This document shows positions 31,956 through 42,905 of a DNA stretch of 64,000 nucleotides, in pieces. The stretch is taken from positions 2,400,001 through 2,464,000 of the forward strand of contig CP166615.1 in the NCBI GenBank assembly GCA_041937175.2, written 5' to 3'. Under the pieces are notes generated by a model that had not been told where the DNA came from, did no database searches, and saw nothing but the letters and a program-made list of their open reading frames with translations. The translations under genes and the position numbers were made by a program. The stretch's first letter is position 1. The number at the start of each line of letters is the position of its first letter. The DNA comes from Limnothrix sp. BL-A-16. GTDB lineage: Bacteria; Cyanobacteriota; Cyanobacteriia; CACIAM-69d.

Positions 31956-33026
31956 ATGCCCTTGACCATGGAATGGAATCCCGAAACAACTTGGATCTTT
32001 GCGGTGGGTTTGCTGGAGTGGCAAGACTCAGAAGCCTTCGCCCCCTTTCCTGATGCTGTCCCCAATCGCTCGGACGCGCAGTTAGTGGAATTTTTCCGCA
32101 ACCAAGGCGTGCCCAAATCTCAAATTATTTATCTTCAGGATCGCCAAGCCACCCTCTCCGCCATTCAATCTAAATTGCCAGAATTTTTGGCTACCACCGA
32201 TGAAAATGCTCTCTTAATGCTTTATTTTGCCGGCCACGGTGGTTGGGATTACGAGTCAGGGGAACATTATTTTTATAACTACGATGCCGATGCGGAAGAC
32301 ACGGAAACCTATTGGAAAGTGTCCAGCATTTTTGACGACATTGAAGAAAATTTCAATGGTTCCCATGCCCTGCTGATGGCGGACTGCTGTTTCTCTGGGG
32401 GACTGATTGACGAAGCCAAGCGACGAGATAGCGAAATTTCCTATGCCTGTGTGACCTCTGCCTATGCCCACAACACTTCAACGGGCGCTTGGACATTTAC
32501 GGCTTCTTTGCTGAAGGGATTGCAAGGCGATCCCGCCGTTGACTTGGATGAAGATCGGGTGATTACGCTTTACGATTTTGCCCGCTATACGGAATTGGAA
32601 GTGGCATTCATTGAAGATCAAAAATCAATGTTTTTAACAACCCATGATTTTGATCCGCAAATGCAACTATCGCGAGTAAAAGATCGATTTGATCCCCAAT
32701 TGGGCCGCCGAGTGGAGGTGGAATATGAGGAGGATTGGTATCGGGCAAAAATTTTGGAAGTCAGCGATCAAGACGGTGACGAACAGTATCGAGTGCAATA
32801 CGTGGTGGATCAGTCGGAAGAGTGGGTCACGCCCGATCGTATCCGTCCCTACGAACCGGTGATGTATGACGTGGGCACAGCGGTGGAGGTGCAGGATGAG
32901 GCGGGCGATTGGTATCCCGCAACGGTCAAAAAAGCCTGGTATGGTCTGCACCACATCAGCTATGACGACTACGACGAAAATTGGGATGAGTGGGTGGGGC
33001 CCGATCGCCTGCGGGAACCGGAATAG
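31956..33026 (+). CDS. Caspase-family (C14) peptidase with two C-terminal Agenet/Tudor-like repeats
   Basis: YFAGHG and ADCCFSG His/Cys dyad; repeats VEVEY..WYRAKIL..YRVQY..EEWVTPDRIR and VEV..WYPATV..HISY..DEWVGPDRLR. Confidence 0.8.
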   Translation: MPLTMEWNPETTWIFAVGLLEWQDSEAFAPFPDAVPNRSDAQLVEFFRNQGVPKSQIIYLQDRQATLSAIQSKLPEFLATTDENALLMLYFAGHGGWDYESGEHYFYNYDADAEDTETYWKVSSIFDDIEENFNGSHALLMADCCFSGGLIDEAKRRDSEISYACVTSAYAHNTSTGAWTFTASLLKGLQGDPAVDLDEDRVITLYDFARYTELEVAFIEDQKSMFLTTHDFDPQMQLSRVKDRFDPQLGRRVEVEYEEDWYRAKILEVSDQDGDEQYRVQYVVDQSEEWVTPDRIRPYEPVMYDVGTAVEVQDEAGDWYPATVKKAWYGLHHISYDDYDENWDEWVGPDRLREPE

Positions 33027-33228
33027 GGCAGTGGGGGCGAGTGGTTGCGTCGAGCTGCATTGGGGATCGATCGCCCAAAAAATCGGGGCAGGTTTGCATC
33101 TACCCCGACTCGCTTTTGGGCATTAGTTGGGCATTAGTTTGAACAGGGAAATGGTTGAATTGCGATTGAATTCCGGCAACCGCAAACTCAGCAATGGATT
33201 CAGCAATGAATCAAGATTTCCCAAACAC

Positions 33229-34839
33229 CTATTTCCAGGACACCTTCAGGCTGGCCGGTTGTCCGGGGTTGCCCACCAGTACCGGGCCGCGCCCATTGGC
33301 CGCCAAGTGCCGCAGGATCCAATAGACCGTTTCCACCTGCTCGATCGCCCCCACCTGCGTTGCCAACTCCGAAATCAACAGGGGTTCCCCCGCGTCTTGC
33401 AAGGCCGACACCAGCCGCTTTTGCAGGGCCAAGATGTTAGCGGCGGCTTTTTTGCCGGCCTCAACGCCCGGCTGGTGATAGGCATTGATGTTGACCAGGG
33501 AGGCGTAGAAGCTCACGGCCCGTTCATAGAGCGCAATCAGGGCCCCTACAATTCGCTCGTTGACGCGGGGAACCGTGATGGTAATTGACTCGCGATCCTT
33601 GTCGTAGAGCGCTTGGCGAGTGCCTTGCAATAGCCCGCTGAGGTAATCGCCCGACTCGATCGCCCCGTCTTCCACCACCACGCCCGAGCCGCCATCTTCC
33701 AGCACCTCAATCAGAGTGGCAAAAAAGTTGGGAACCCCTTCGCGCAACTGCTGTACATAGGCATGTTGATCGGTGCTGCCCTTGTTGCCATACACGGCAA
33801 TCCCCTGATAAACCAAGTTGCCGTCCAAATCGCGCTCCTTGCCTAAGGATTCCATCACCAACTGCTGGAGGTAGCGCGAAAACAGCAGTAGCCGGTCTTT
33901 GTAAGGCAAAACCACCATGTCCTTTTCGCCCTTGCCGCGGCCCACGGAATACCAGCAGAGGGCCAACAGGGCGGCGGGGTTGGTTTTCAGGTTGCGATCG
34001 CGGGTGGCCTGATCCATCATTTGCGCACCCAAGAGCATTTCCCGAATTTGGATCCCTTGGAGGGCCGCAGGCAACAGCCCCACCGCCGACAGTTCCGAGG
34101 TGCGGCCACCGACCCAATCAAACATGGGGAATCGATCGAGCCAGCCTTCGGTGATCGCCCGTTGATCCAAGGTGCTGCCCTCGCAGGTAATGGCCACAAA
34201 GTTGCGGTGATAGGGCAATCCGGCTTGGCTAAATTCCGCTTGAATTTCCACCATGCCGTTGCGGGTTTCGGGTGTGCCGCCGGACTTGGAGATGATCAGC
34301 ACCAGGGTTGTGGCCAGGCGATCGCGCAGGGGGGAGCCGCCCGTGCTCTTGGACAGGATTCGATCGATGCCGTCGGGGTCGGTGTTGTCCACAAAGTGAA
34401 TGGCCAAGGGCGGCTGATTGGGAGCCAAGGCCTCCGCCACAAACTGCGGCCCCAGGGCCGAACCGCCAATCCCGATCGACAACACATCGGTAAAGGGCTG
34501 ACCGTTGGCCGTGAGCCGGCCGGTGTGGATGGCCGTTGTGAAAGCTTCCAGGCGGTCCAGGGTGTTGATGATGTCGTCGCGCAATTCCGGCGTTGGGGCC
34601 AAGTCCGGTTGCCGCAGCCAATAGTGACCCACCATCCGTTGTTCGTCGGGATTGGCGATCGCCCCCGATTCCAGAGCGGTCATGTCCCCAAATGCTTTCG
34701 CCAACTTGGGTTGCATCTGAGCCACAAATGCATCATCAAACCGCATCCGGCTCACGTCCAGATACAGCCCCAAGCCCTCGTGATAGTAGAGCCAGTCTTG
34801 GTAACGCTGCCACAATGACGCAGTGCCGGTCATAAACAC
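33229..34839 (-). CDS. pgi: Glucose-6-phosphate isomerase
   Basis: [39 protein letters not shown]. Confidence 0.97.
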   Translation of the reverse strand: MFMTGTASLWQRYQDWLYYHEGLGLYLDVSRMRFDDAFVAQMQPKLAKAFGDMTALESGAIANPDEQRMVGHYWLRQPDLAPTPELRDDIINTLDRLEAFTTAIHTGRLTANGQPFTDVLSIGIGGSALGPQFVAEALAPNQPPLAIHFVDNTDPDGIDRILSKSTGGSPLRDRLATTLVLIISKSGGTPETRNGMVEIQAEFSQAGLPYHRNFVAITCEGSTLDQRAITEGWLDRFPMFDWVGGRTSELSAVGLLPAALQGIQIREMLLGAQMMDQATRDRNLKTNPAALLALCWYSVGRGKGEKDMVVLPYKDRLLLFSRYLQQLVMESLGKERDLDGNLVYQGIAVYGNKGSTDQHAYVQQLREGVPNFFATLIEVLEDGGSGVVVEDGAIESGDYLSGLLQGTRQALYDKDRESITITVPRVNERIVGALIALYERAVSFYASLVNINAYHQPGVEAGKKAAANILALQKRLVSALQDAGEPLLISELATQVGAIEQVETVYWILRHLAANGRGPVLVGNPGQPASLKVSWK

Positions 34840-35034
34840 TCCTTCTTATCGTCTTTTTATCGTCCCGATCGCGCCTTGAGTGTAGCCCAGCTCCCACCCC
34901 CAATCACGGTAACGATTGCATCAGACATCGGCCCCCCTGCGCCTGGGCCAAGAGCGCAGTTCCCGACAGTGCCAAACGGCTGAGTAGAATAGGGACGGCA
35001 GTAGCATCCCCCTGCCCTCACCCCCCTTTGACCC

Positions 35035-36192
35035 ATGGCTGCTGTGCGTTGTCCTATCTGTTCCACTGAGTTGTCAGACACCGAAGTGCTGTGCCCAACC
35101 TGTGGTTGGGATAATTCCCCGTTACCGGAGGCGCTGGTGGGCACGGGGAGCGATCGGGCGACCATTGCCCTGTTGCGGGCCCGCGACCAGGTACGCACCA
35201 CTTGGGCCCGGGAGTTTTGGCAGCGATTAAATTTGGATGCCAAGTTAAACCATATTGAAGGCCAACTGAAACGGGCCCGCCAGGAGCGATCGCACCTGTA
35301 TTTGGAACTAACACAACTCCAAGAATCGCAAAAACTGCTGCTCCAAACCCTTTCGCCGGAATGGCTGGAAACGTTGCAACAGCTTCCGAGTCAGCTCCAG
35401 CAACAAATCCAAGCCCTGAAACAGGGCGCGGGGCCCCAAAGATCACCACAGACGGGATCGCCACAGACGGGATCGCCACAGGCGGGATCCCAGGCACAAT
35501 CCCATCCGATCGGGTCGGGATCCGATCCCCTGCCATTTGACTTGGGCCCCTTGGACACGGCAGCCCTGCAAGACACGGGCCATGCAAGTTCGGCGGTCAA
35601 TCCTGACCCGCCCTTGGCAAATCCCGATCGCAACGAAAATCCTTTCCACCTGCCGGAGCATCGCCCTTCTGCCCCCATGCCGCCGGCCCACGGGCTGCCC
35701 ACGGAGGAGGAGGTGACCATTTTGCAGTTTGTGATGCCCTCGCCGGGGCCAACTCCGGCCCCGGTCGATCGCTACGGGCGGCTATCCCAGTTGCTGGAAG
35801 CGCAAAAGTGGCTGGAGGCTGATCGGGAAACCACGCGAATCATGCTGAAGGTGGTGGGCCGCGAGGGGGCCAGTTGGTTACGGGTAGAAGACATTGAGCA
35901 ATTCCCCAAGGGCGATTTAACCGAGATCGATCGCCTCTGGACAGTCCACAGCAACAATCACTTTGGCTTCCGCATTCAATACGACATCTGGCTAGAGGTC
36001 ACCAGCCAAACGGCCAGCCCCGTGGAGGCTTGGTGTCGGTTTGGCGATCGCCTGGGTTGGACCAGCCAAAAGAGCCGCAACTTCAGCCTCAGCGCCCCGG
36101 CGGGCCATTTGCCCTACTGTTCTGCCGTGGGGGTTTGGTGGTGCTCAGGTCTGTTTCCTCAGGTGGTGAATGCGGCCTTGGGCAGCGCCTAA
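35035..36192 (+). CDS. GUN4-domain protein with N-terminal zinc ribbon and coiled coil
   Basis: CPIC..CPTC; W.EADRET, IDRLW..HS..HFGF.IQ, APAGHLP. Confidence 0.85.
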   Translation: MAAVRCPICSTELSDTEVLCPTCGWDNSPLPEALVGTGSDRATIALLRARDQVRTTWAREFWQRLNLDAKLNHIEGQLKRARQERSHLYLELTQLQESQKLLLQTLSPEWLETLQQLPSQLQQQIQALKQGAGPQRSPQTGSPQTGSPQAGSQAQSHPIGSGSDPLPFDLGPLDTAALQDTGHASSAVNPDPPLANPDRNENPFHLPEHRPSAPMPPAHGLPTEEEVTILQFVMPSPGPTPAPVDRYGRLSQLLEAQKWLEADRETTRIMLKVVGREGASWLRVEDIEQFPKGDLTEIDRLWTVHSNNHFGFRIQYDIWLEVTSQTASPVEAWCRFGDRLGWTSQKSRNFSLSAPAGHLPYCSAVGVWWCSGLFPQVVNAALGSA

Positions 36193-36333
36193 GCCAACCC
36201 TTGCCCGCCAGGCTAAACCAGCGCCTAAATCAGGGTCTAAACCAATGCCTAAACCATCGATCCATCAGCTCCCTGCCCTACAATGGGGCGTGAAATTTGG
36301 GCTATTCCTACGCTGAGGCTCGATCGCGCCCCC

Positions 36334-37464
36334 ATGATTGCTTACCTCACCTCACTGATTATTTTTTCAGGCATCTTTGCCCTCTTTGGCCTGGGTCTGA
36401 ATCTGCAATGGGGTCTCACGGGCTTAATTAATTTTGGCCATGTGGCCTTCATGACCATTGGGGCCTACACCACCATTTTGCTGTCGCTTCAGGGTTGGCC
36501 GATTGTGCTGGCGGTGGCGATCGGGGCGGGGCTGGCGGCTCTGCTGGGTTTGTTGGTGGGCATTTCCACCCTGCGCCTGCGGGAAGATTACCTGGCGATC
36601 GTCACGATCGGGGTGTCGGAGGTGGTGCGACTGGTGGCTTTGAATGAAGAGTGGCTGACCCGAGGCGCAAGGGGCGTTTATGGCTACCCGCTGCCCTTGG
36701 CCCAAGTGCCGGACGCGCCTTGGGTGGCTCCGGTGGCGATCGCCCTTTGGACGGGTATTTTTGGGGCAGCCGGTTGGTCCCTGTGGCGCTGGTTCCGGCA
36801 GGCCTTGCGATCGCGCCAACAGGCCGCCCAAGGGCAAGTCACCGGCACAACCCAACAGCCCCCCTCCAAGGGTCGCCTGGCGTTGGGTGGCATCTCGGCC
36901 CTAATGGGGCTGCTGCTCTATGGCTGTGGGGCGATCGCCCTTTGGGATTTCAACTACAAAGGCGGCTTGATGTTGCTGGTGGTGGCCGTTTTGGGCCTGG
37001 TTTATTGGCAACTGGAGCGGCTGGGCCGATCGCCCTGGGGCCGGGTGCTAAAAGCCATCCGCGAGGACGAGGAAATCGCCCGGGCCTTGGGCAAAAACGT
37101 GTTTTGGTACAAACTGCAATCCCTGATGCTGGGCGGGGCGATCGCGGGGGTCGCCGGTTCCTTCTATGCCTGGAATCTCACTTTTATTAACCCCGATGGC
37201 TTTATTCCGCTGATGACCTTCCAAGCTTGGACGATCGTGGTTTTGGGCGGTGCGGGCAACAATGCGGGCACGCTGTTGGGTTCTGTCCTGTTTTGGGGAT
37301 ACACCACCCTCACCCGGTTTGTGTTGCCGGCCCTGCTGCCCTTGGATGATGCCCGCTTGGGAGCCTTCCGGTTGATGGTGATTGGGTTGATTTTGGTGGT
37401 GCTGATGATGTGGCGGCCCCAGGGCATTTTGGGCAAGAAGGAAGAGCTAACCCTCGGCCAATAG
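36334..37464 (+). CDS. Branched-chain/neutral amino acid ABC permease (LivM/NatC type)
   Basis: GLINFGHVAF, LRLREDYLAI, AIREDE, RPQGILG. Confidence 0.92.
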   Translation: MIAYLTSLIIFSGIFALFGLGLNLQWGLTGLINFGHVAFMTIGAYTTILLSLQGWPIVLAVAIGAGLAALLGLLVGISTLRLREDYLAIVTIGVSEVVRLVALNEEWLTRGARGVYGYPLPLAQVPDAPWVAPVAIALWTGIFGAAGWSLWRWFRQALRSRQQAAQGQVTGTTQQPPSKGRLALGGISALMGLLLYGCGAIALWDFNYKGGLMLLVVAVLGLVYWQLERLGRSPWGRVLKAIREDEEIARALGKNVFWYKLQSLMLGGAIAGVAGSFYAWNLTFINPDGFIPLMTFQAWTIVVLGGAGNNAGTLLGSVLFWGYTTLTRFVLPALLPLDDARLGAFRLMVIGLILVVLMMWRPQGILGKKEELTLGQ

Positions 37465-37504
37465 TCGGCTCTGGCGATTCGGGGCGATCGCCCTATGATG
37501 GGTG

Positions 37505-37615
37505 CAATGGTTGGTCTTTCATACCCTAATCGCCGTAACAAGGGGCTTAAGCCCCTTGCCTCCCACGATCGCGCCACCGTGGAATCAGGGTTTCAGACGA
37601 TGTGACCATAAGCCC
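37505..37615. mobile_element. MITE-like element, copy 3 (left end eroded)
   Basis: CATACCCTAATC..ACAAGGGGCTTAAGCCCCTTGCC..CACGATC..GGAATCAGGGTTT matches copy 1. Confidence 0.7.
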
Positions 37616-37632
37616 TCATCCCCCTTTCAATC

Positions 37633-38811
37633 ATGTTCAAACTGCTGGCAACGGTGCGCCACCGCTGGGTTATGTGGCTGATGGGCTGGGAGACCCGTTT
37701 GGTGAGTCCTTCGTTTCAGGGGGCTTTGCTGGGCGCGATCGCCCTGTTTTTGTTTGGGGCGGCCACCAACGCCATGGCCGGTTGGCTCTATGTGATGAGT
37801 GGGGTGCTGTTGGCGCTGATGTTGGTGGCGGCGGTGCTGACGGCACGATCGCTCGGGGGCCTGAGCGCCAGCCGATCGCCCATTCAGCCCATCAGCGTTG
37901 ACGATTTGGCCGTGGCGGAATGCCAGATCACCAACCACACCCGATCGGCCCGCTCCCTGCTGCAATGGGTCGATCGCCCACCCACCCCCCTGCCCGTTGC
38001 CAGCGGCTCGATCGCCCTGATTCCTGCCCAAGGCAGCATCACCATCCAAGCTCAATTCCGGGCCCAGCGGCGCGGCATCTATCGTTGGCCGAGTCTCACC
38101 TTGCGATCGGGTGCGCCCTTTGGCCTGTTTTGGCGACAACAGCCGATCGCCGCACCGGCCAAGCTGGTGGTTTACCCTCGGGTTTGGCCCCTGGCCCAAT
38201 GCCCGATCGTGGATTGGATGGGCGAAGGGGATGCCCAAAACGCAGCGGGCGATCGGGCCTTGCGTTTGGGAACCGAAGGCCTCACCCGTTCCCTGCGGCC
38301 CTATCGTTGGGGCGACTCCACCCGGTTCATCCATTGGCGCAGTAGTGCCCGGTTTGGGGAGCTTCAGGTGCGTGAATTGGAAACCGCCGCCACGGGGCCC
38401 GATCTGATTGTGGCCCTCGATAGTGCGATCGCCTGGGATCCCGAAGACTTCGAGCAGGCCGTGGAAGCGGCCGCCTCCATGTATGTCTATGCCAGCCGCT
38501 GTTATCTCGATCCCTTCCTGTGGACGGCGGCCACGGGGCTGGTGCGCGGGCGACAGGTGGTGTTGGAAACCCTGGCCGGAACCCAAGCCGGGGAGCTAGC
38601 CCAGCATGAACCGCCCTCCCGGGCCGTGCTGTGGCTCACCTCAGCGGTCGATCGGGTCAGTCAACTGCCCGATCGCAGCCGCTGGTTGTTGTGGTTGCCT
38701 CCCGGCAGCGAGTTGGCCGGTAGCCTGCTCGGTCGCCAGGCCCAAGGCCGCATCATTTCCCGCGATCGACCAATTCCTGAGCAATTGCAGGCCGGCAACC
38801 ATCCGCTTTAA
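37633..38811 (+). CDS. DUF58 domain protein
   Basis: N-terminal TMs, RRGIY, APFGLF, LRPYRWGD..RFIHWRSSAR. Confidence 0.9.
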   Translation: MFKLLATVRHRWVMWLMGWETRLVSPSFQGALLGAIALFLFGAATNAMAGWLYVMSGVLLALMLVAAVLTARSLGGLSASRSPIQPISVDDLAVAECQITNHTRSARSLLQWVDRPPTPLPVASGSIALIPAQGSITIQAQFRAQRRGIYRWPSLTLRSGAPFGLFWRQQPIAAPAKLVVYPRVWPLAQCPIVDWMGEGDAQNAAGDRALRLGTEGLTRSLRPYRWGDSTRFIHWRSSARFGELQVRELETAATGPDLIVALDSAIAWDPEDFEQAVEAAASMYVYASRCYLDPFLWTAATGLVRGRQVVLETLAGTQAGELAQHEPPSRAVLWLTSAVDRVSQLPDRSRWLLWLPPGSELAGSLLGRQAQGRIISRDRPIPEQLQAGNHPL

Positions 38812-38849
38812 CTCAACGGTTTTCGCTCAACGGTTTTCGCTCAACGGTT
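38812..38849. repeat. Tandem repeat, 14 bp x2.7 (CTCAACGGTTTTCG)
   Basis: Read directly. Confidence 0.8.
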
Positions 38850-38869
38850 CGCATCGTTGACCCTTGATC

Positions 38870-38893
38870 GGGCGTACGGCCGTACGCCCCTAC
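38870..38893 (-). repeat. Single GTAG-type REP
   Basis: Perfect 20-bp palindrome GGGCGTACGGCCGTACGCCC followed by CTAC. Confidence 0.75.
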
Positions 38894-38976
38894 TTCAGGT
38901 CGCCCAGGGCATCGGCTGAAATTGGCGCGACGAAACGGGGCGATCGCCCGCCGTTGGATCTGCTTGTTCAAATCTT

Positions 38977-39043
38977 ATTGAAAATTATTCTTGACATTTT
39001 CCAAATCTTGATTCAGGCTTTATTGCTATAAAGTTTCAATAAA
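38977..39043 (+). promoter_or_regulatory. Fur-like boxes and -35 upstream of the isiA-like operon
   Basis: ATTGAAAATTATTCTTGAC overlapping TTGACA; inverted repeat TTTATTG-N11-CAATAAA. Confidence 0.65.
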
Positions 39044-39126
39044 GGTTCGAGATTTCTCGAATCTGCACCGAATGGCGCATACCTGCAAAAACTGCAAACG
39101 CTGCAAGCTGTTGTTGGGAACTTCCT

Positions 39127-40197
39127 ATGACTGTCACCACCACGCCGCCACAGACGGCGACCGCGATTCCTTGGTGGGCGGGGAATGCCCGCCTGACGGA
39201 ACTGTCGGGACGATTGTTGGGGGCCCATGTGGCCCATGCGGGACTGATCGTGCTTTGGGCGGGAGCAATGACCCTGTTTGAGGTCTCCCGCTGCGATCTG
39301 AGTCGGCCGCTGTACGAGCAAGGGTTGATTTTGTTGCCGAACCTGGCCCGGTTGGGTTGGGGCCTGGGCAACAACGGGGCGATCGCCCAAACCGATGATT
39401 GGTTTGCGATCGGGGCAATTCATTTGATCAGCTCGGCCTTTTTGGGTGTGGGCGGTTTGTTCCATGCGCTCAAGGGGCCCGAACGGCTCGATCACACCGG
39501 CTTTTTCAATTACCGCTGGGATGATGCCAACAAAATGACCCAAATCTTGGGCATTCACCTGGTGTTGCTCGGGTTGGGCGCTTGGCTGCTGGTGCTGAAG
39601 GCCACCACCTTTGGCGGTCTTTACGATCCGGCGGTGGGCCGTGTCCAGTTGGTCAGCGATCTGAACTGGGATTTGGGGCAAATCTTCGGCTACTTCTTCG
39701 GGGCCGGCGGTCGTTACTGGCTGGCCAGCGTCCATGACCTACCCACGATCGTCGGGGCCCACGCTTGGTTGGGCGCAATCCTAATCGGGGGCGGCCTCTG
39801 GCACATTGTTTCGGAACCATCCGCGGCCGTGAAGCGCCTGTTTATTTGGTCGGGCGAGGCCTATTTGTCCTACAGCCTAGGGGCGCTGGCTCTGATGGCC
39901 TTTGTGGCCACCCTGTTTGTGTCCGTGAATGCCGTTGCCTTCCCCGAGGTGTTCTTTGGCCCCACGTTGCAAATCGGGTTCGATCGCGTGCCCTATTTCT
40001 TCAGCCCCGATGGAGCCTTGACCTCCCGCGTTTGGTTGGCCAATGCCCATTTCTGGCTCGGTTTCTTTTTCCTGCAAGGGCACATTTTCCACGCCCTGCA
40101 AGCGGCCGGCGTGCGGTTTGGCTTTGGGCAAACCCCCCCGGCCACCGCTCGCACCGCTGATTCGTCCACCCAATCCACCCAGGAGGCCGCCGCATGA
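39127..40197 (+). CDS. isiA: IsiA/CP43'-family chlorophyll-binding protein
   Basis: [53 protein letters not shown]. Confidence 0.9.
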   Translation: MTVTTTPPQTATAIPWWAGNARLTELSGRLLGAHVAHAGLIVLWAGAMTLFEVSRCDLSRPLYEQGLILLPNLARLGWGLGNNGAIAQTDDWFAIGAIHLISSAFLGVGGLFHALKGPERLDHTGFFNYRWDDANKMTQILGIHLVLLGLGAWLLVLKATTFGGLYDPAVGRVQLVSDLNWDLGQIFGYFFGAGGRYWLASVHDLPTIVGAHAWLGAILIGGGLWHIVSEPSAAVKRLFIWSGEAYLSYSLGALALMAFVATLFVSVNAVAFPEVFFGPTLQIGFDRVPYFFSPDGALTSRVWLANAHFWLGFFFLQGHIFHALQAAGVRFGFGQTPPATARTADSSTQSTQEAAA

Positions 40198-41699
40198 GCG
40201 CCGTAATCTCTCGGACTGCGCCCCCCGCCATGCCGCAATTGGGCTGGTGGGCCGGTAATGGGCGGTTTGTGAATCTGTCGGGCAAGCTGCTGGGGGCCCA
40301 TGTGGCCCATGCGGGGCTGATTGTGCTCTGGGCAGGGGCCATGACCCTGTTTGAGCTGTCTCGCTACGATGCGGGGCAACCGATGGGGACTCAGGGGCTG
40401 ATCCTGTTGCCCCACTTGGCCAGCCTCGGGTTTGGGCTGGGGCCCGATGGGGCGATCGCCGACACCTATCCCTATTTGGTGGTGGGCATGTTGCACCTGG
40501 TCAGTGCGGCGGTGTTGGGGGCCGGCGGCATCTATCACGCCGTGCTGGGCCCCGAGGTGTTGCCCACCGATCGCGCCAACTTCAGTGGCTTCTTTGGCTA
40601 CGACTGGCGCGACAAGGACAAAATGACCACGATCATTGGCATTCACCTGCTGCTGTTGGGATCTGGGGCTTTCCTACTGGTGGCCAAGGCCATGGCTTGG
40701 GGCGGTCTCTATGACCCGGCGATCGGTTCGGTGCGCTTGGTTGAGCACCCCACCCTCGAGTTCGGCACGATTTGGGGCTATCTGGTTGGAGCGCATGGCA
40801 GCCAAGGGATGGCGGCGATCGATAACCTCGAAGACCTGGTGGGTGGCCATGTGTGGGTCGGCGGCCTCTGCATTGCAGGCGGCCTCTGGCACATCCTCAG
40901 CCGTCCTTGGGCTTGGGTGGAACGGGTGTTCTATTGGACGGGGGAAGCCTACCTGTCCTATAGCCTGGGAGCCTTGGCCTACATGGGCTTTTTCGCCGCC
41001 TACTTTGTGTCGGTGAATGACTTCGCCTATCCCGAGGTGTTCTACGGGCCCTTGGGCATCGTCACCCAGGACGGCACGGTAACCGCTCGGGGCTGGTTGG
41101 CCACCTTCCACTTTGTGTTTGCGATCCTGTTTTTGGCGGGGCACTTGTGGCACGCCCTGCGGGTGCGGGCGGAGGCCGTGGGCTTCAAGTTTGGCAGCGA
41201 TAGCTTTATCCGGCCCGGTGGCGGCTCGCCGGAAGCGGGCACGTTGGATACGCCCGTCAGCGCCTCCGATGTGACCCTGGCCCTGGTGCAATACCTGCCG
41301 ATCTATCGCCCGAATCTGTCGCCCCTGGCGCGGGGACTGGAAATTGGCATGGCCCACGGATACTTCCTGGTGGGGCCGTTCATCAAGCTGGGGCCGATGC
41401 GATCGAGCCAGTCGGCGGAACTGGTGGGGCTGATTGCCACCATGGGGCTGCTGTTGATTTTGTCCCTGTGCCTGTCGCTCTACGGGGCCGTGACCTTCCC
41501 GAACCGGGGCGATCGCTCCTTGGATCAGTTCCGGGGCATGGCCAAAGCCGTGGGAGCCAACGCAGCCGTGTTGCCCGACAACCTGCGAACAGCGGACGGC
41601 TGGAGCCAGTTCAGCGCCATGTTCTTGGTGGGCGGCATGGGCGGTGCGATCTTTGCCTTCCTGTTGTTGACCCAGGGGGCAGGCCTATTGGCGCTCTAG
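40194..41699 (+). CDS. IsiA-PsaL fusion protein
   Basis: IsiA domain, then PsaL motifs [51 protein letters not shown] overlap with upstream gene. Confidence 0.92.
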   Translation: MSAVISRTAPPAMPQLGWWAGNGRFVNLSGKLLGAHVAHAGLIVLWAGAMTLFELSRYDAGQPMGTQGLILLPHLASLGFGLGPDGAIADTYPYLVVGMLHLVSAAVLGAGGIYHAVLGPEVLPTDRANFSGFFGYDWRDKDKMTTIIGIHLLLLGSGAFLLVAKAMAWGGLYDPAIGSVRLVEHPTLEFGTIWGYLVGAHGSQGMAAIDNLEDLVGGHVWVGGLCIAGGLWHILSRPWAWVERVFYWTGEAYLSYSLGALAYMGFFAAYFVSVNDFAYPEVFYGPLGIVTQDGTVTARGWLATFHFVFAILFLAGHLWHALRVRAEAVGFKFGSDSFIRPGGGSPEAGTLDTPVSASDVTLALVQYLPIYRPNLSPLARGLEIGMAHGYFLVGPFIKLGPMRSSQSAELVGLIATMGLLLILSLCLSLYGAVTFPNRGDRSLDQFRGMAKAVGANAAVLPDNLRTADGWSQFSAMFLVGGMGGAIFAFLLLTQGAGLLAL

Positions 41700-41886
41700 G
41701 CGATCAACCCGCTGCCAGCATCGTTCAAGCTGTTTTTTGAGTTTTTGATCCATAAGTCAGTCATTTACAGAAATCGAAATCGGTCGTGGAGGGCCGATCG
41801 CGAGGACTGGGGGGATTCGGGGCCGCTCCGTCGCTGGGGGTGGCGATCGATCCCCTTTTTTCTGGTTTTCCAAGCATTTTGAGTTT

Positions 41887-41958
41887 ATTAAAACTCTTTC
41901 TCAATTAAATAAATCTTGCTATGCTGCTATTGCTAATTTATTGAGATCTAATTTCATT
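41887..41958 (+). promoter_or_regulatory. Fur-like boxes and extended -10 upstream of flavodoxin
   Basis: ATTAAAACTCTTTCTCAAT and ATTGAGATCTAATTTCATT flanking TGcTATGCT. Confidence 0.55.
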
Positions 41959-42209
41959 AAAGAAGCCCCCTAGGGTCAATCGCCAGTAACCAGCAGTGCA
42001 GGCGATCGCCCCTGAAGCCGGATCGGTACTTGGCCGGCCGACCTCAACAACCTCAATTTCTCCAGGACTGATCCAGCAACCTGATCACGACTCAGGCAGA
42101 GATCAAACAGGAATCAGACAAGGGGTTTCAACCTCTTGCCCCCCAAGATCTCGGGTTGGCATCCGTCCAATGACCTCAAACCCTATCAACCCTTCAACGA
42201 ATTGAACCT

Positions 42210-42722
42210 ATGGCAACGATCGGACTGTTCTACGGCACGCAAACGGGCAATACGGAATCCTTGGCGGAAAAAATTCAAGCGGCCCTCGGCGGCGATGCTG
42301 TGGTGGATTTGCACGATGTGGCCGATGCCAGTGTCGAGGACTTTGCGCCCTACAACTACCTGATTGTGGGCTGTCCCACTTGGAATATTGGCGAACTTCA
42401 AAGCGATTGGGACGGCCTCTACGGAGAGTTAGACGACATCAGCTTTGCGGGCAAAAAGGTGGCCTATTTTGGCCCCGGCGACCAGGTGGGCTACGCGGAC
42501 AACTTCCAGGACGCGATGGGATTACTGGAAGAAAAAATCGCCAGCCTGGGCGGCCAAACCGTGGGCATGTGGCCGATCGCGGGCTATGACTTCAGCGAAT
42601 CCAAGGCCCAACGGGGCGATCACTTTGTGGGGTTGGCGCTGGACGAAGATAACCAACCGGACTTGACCGATGAGCGGATCGCCACTTGGGTAGCCCAGAT
42701 TAAGCGCGAATTTGGCCTGTAG
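42210..42722 (+). CDS. isiB: Long-chain flavodoxin
   Basis: GLFYGTQTGNT, GCPTWNIGELQSDW, GDQVGYADNF, LDEDNQ. Confidence 0.96.
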   Translation: MATIGLFYGTQTGNTESLAEKIQAALGGDAVVDLHDVADASVEDFAPYNYLIVGCPTWNIGELQSDWDGLYGELDDISFAGKKVAYFGPGDQVGYADNFQDAMGLLEEKIASLGGQTVGMWPIAGYDFSESKAQRGDHFVGLALDEDNQPDLTDERIATWVAQIKREFGL

Positions 42723-42785
42723 TGGCGTGGCAAGCTGATTTTGATCGGTCAAATCAGATGACTGTTGCCGTTACCCGATCACTAG

Positions 42786-42815
42786 GCAGCAAGGGGCTTC
42801 AGCCCCTTGTTATAA
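42786..42815. mobile_element. Degenerate core of the MITE-like family (copy 4)
   Basis: GGCAGCAAGGGGCTTCAGCCCCTTGTTA. Confidence 0.55.
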
Positions 42816-42905
42816 CAACTGGACTCGCAAATTAGGGCAACCATGCTCGTCGGTCGGCCCTGAATTAGCCCTGAAATTTTGGGGTTTCCGTTTGGCGCTG
42901 ATGAG

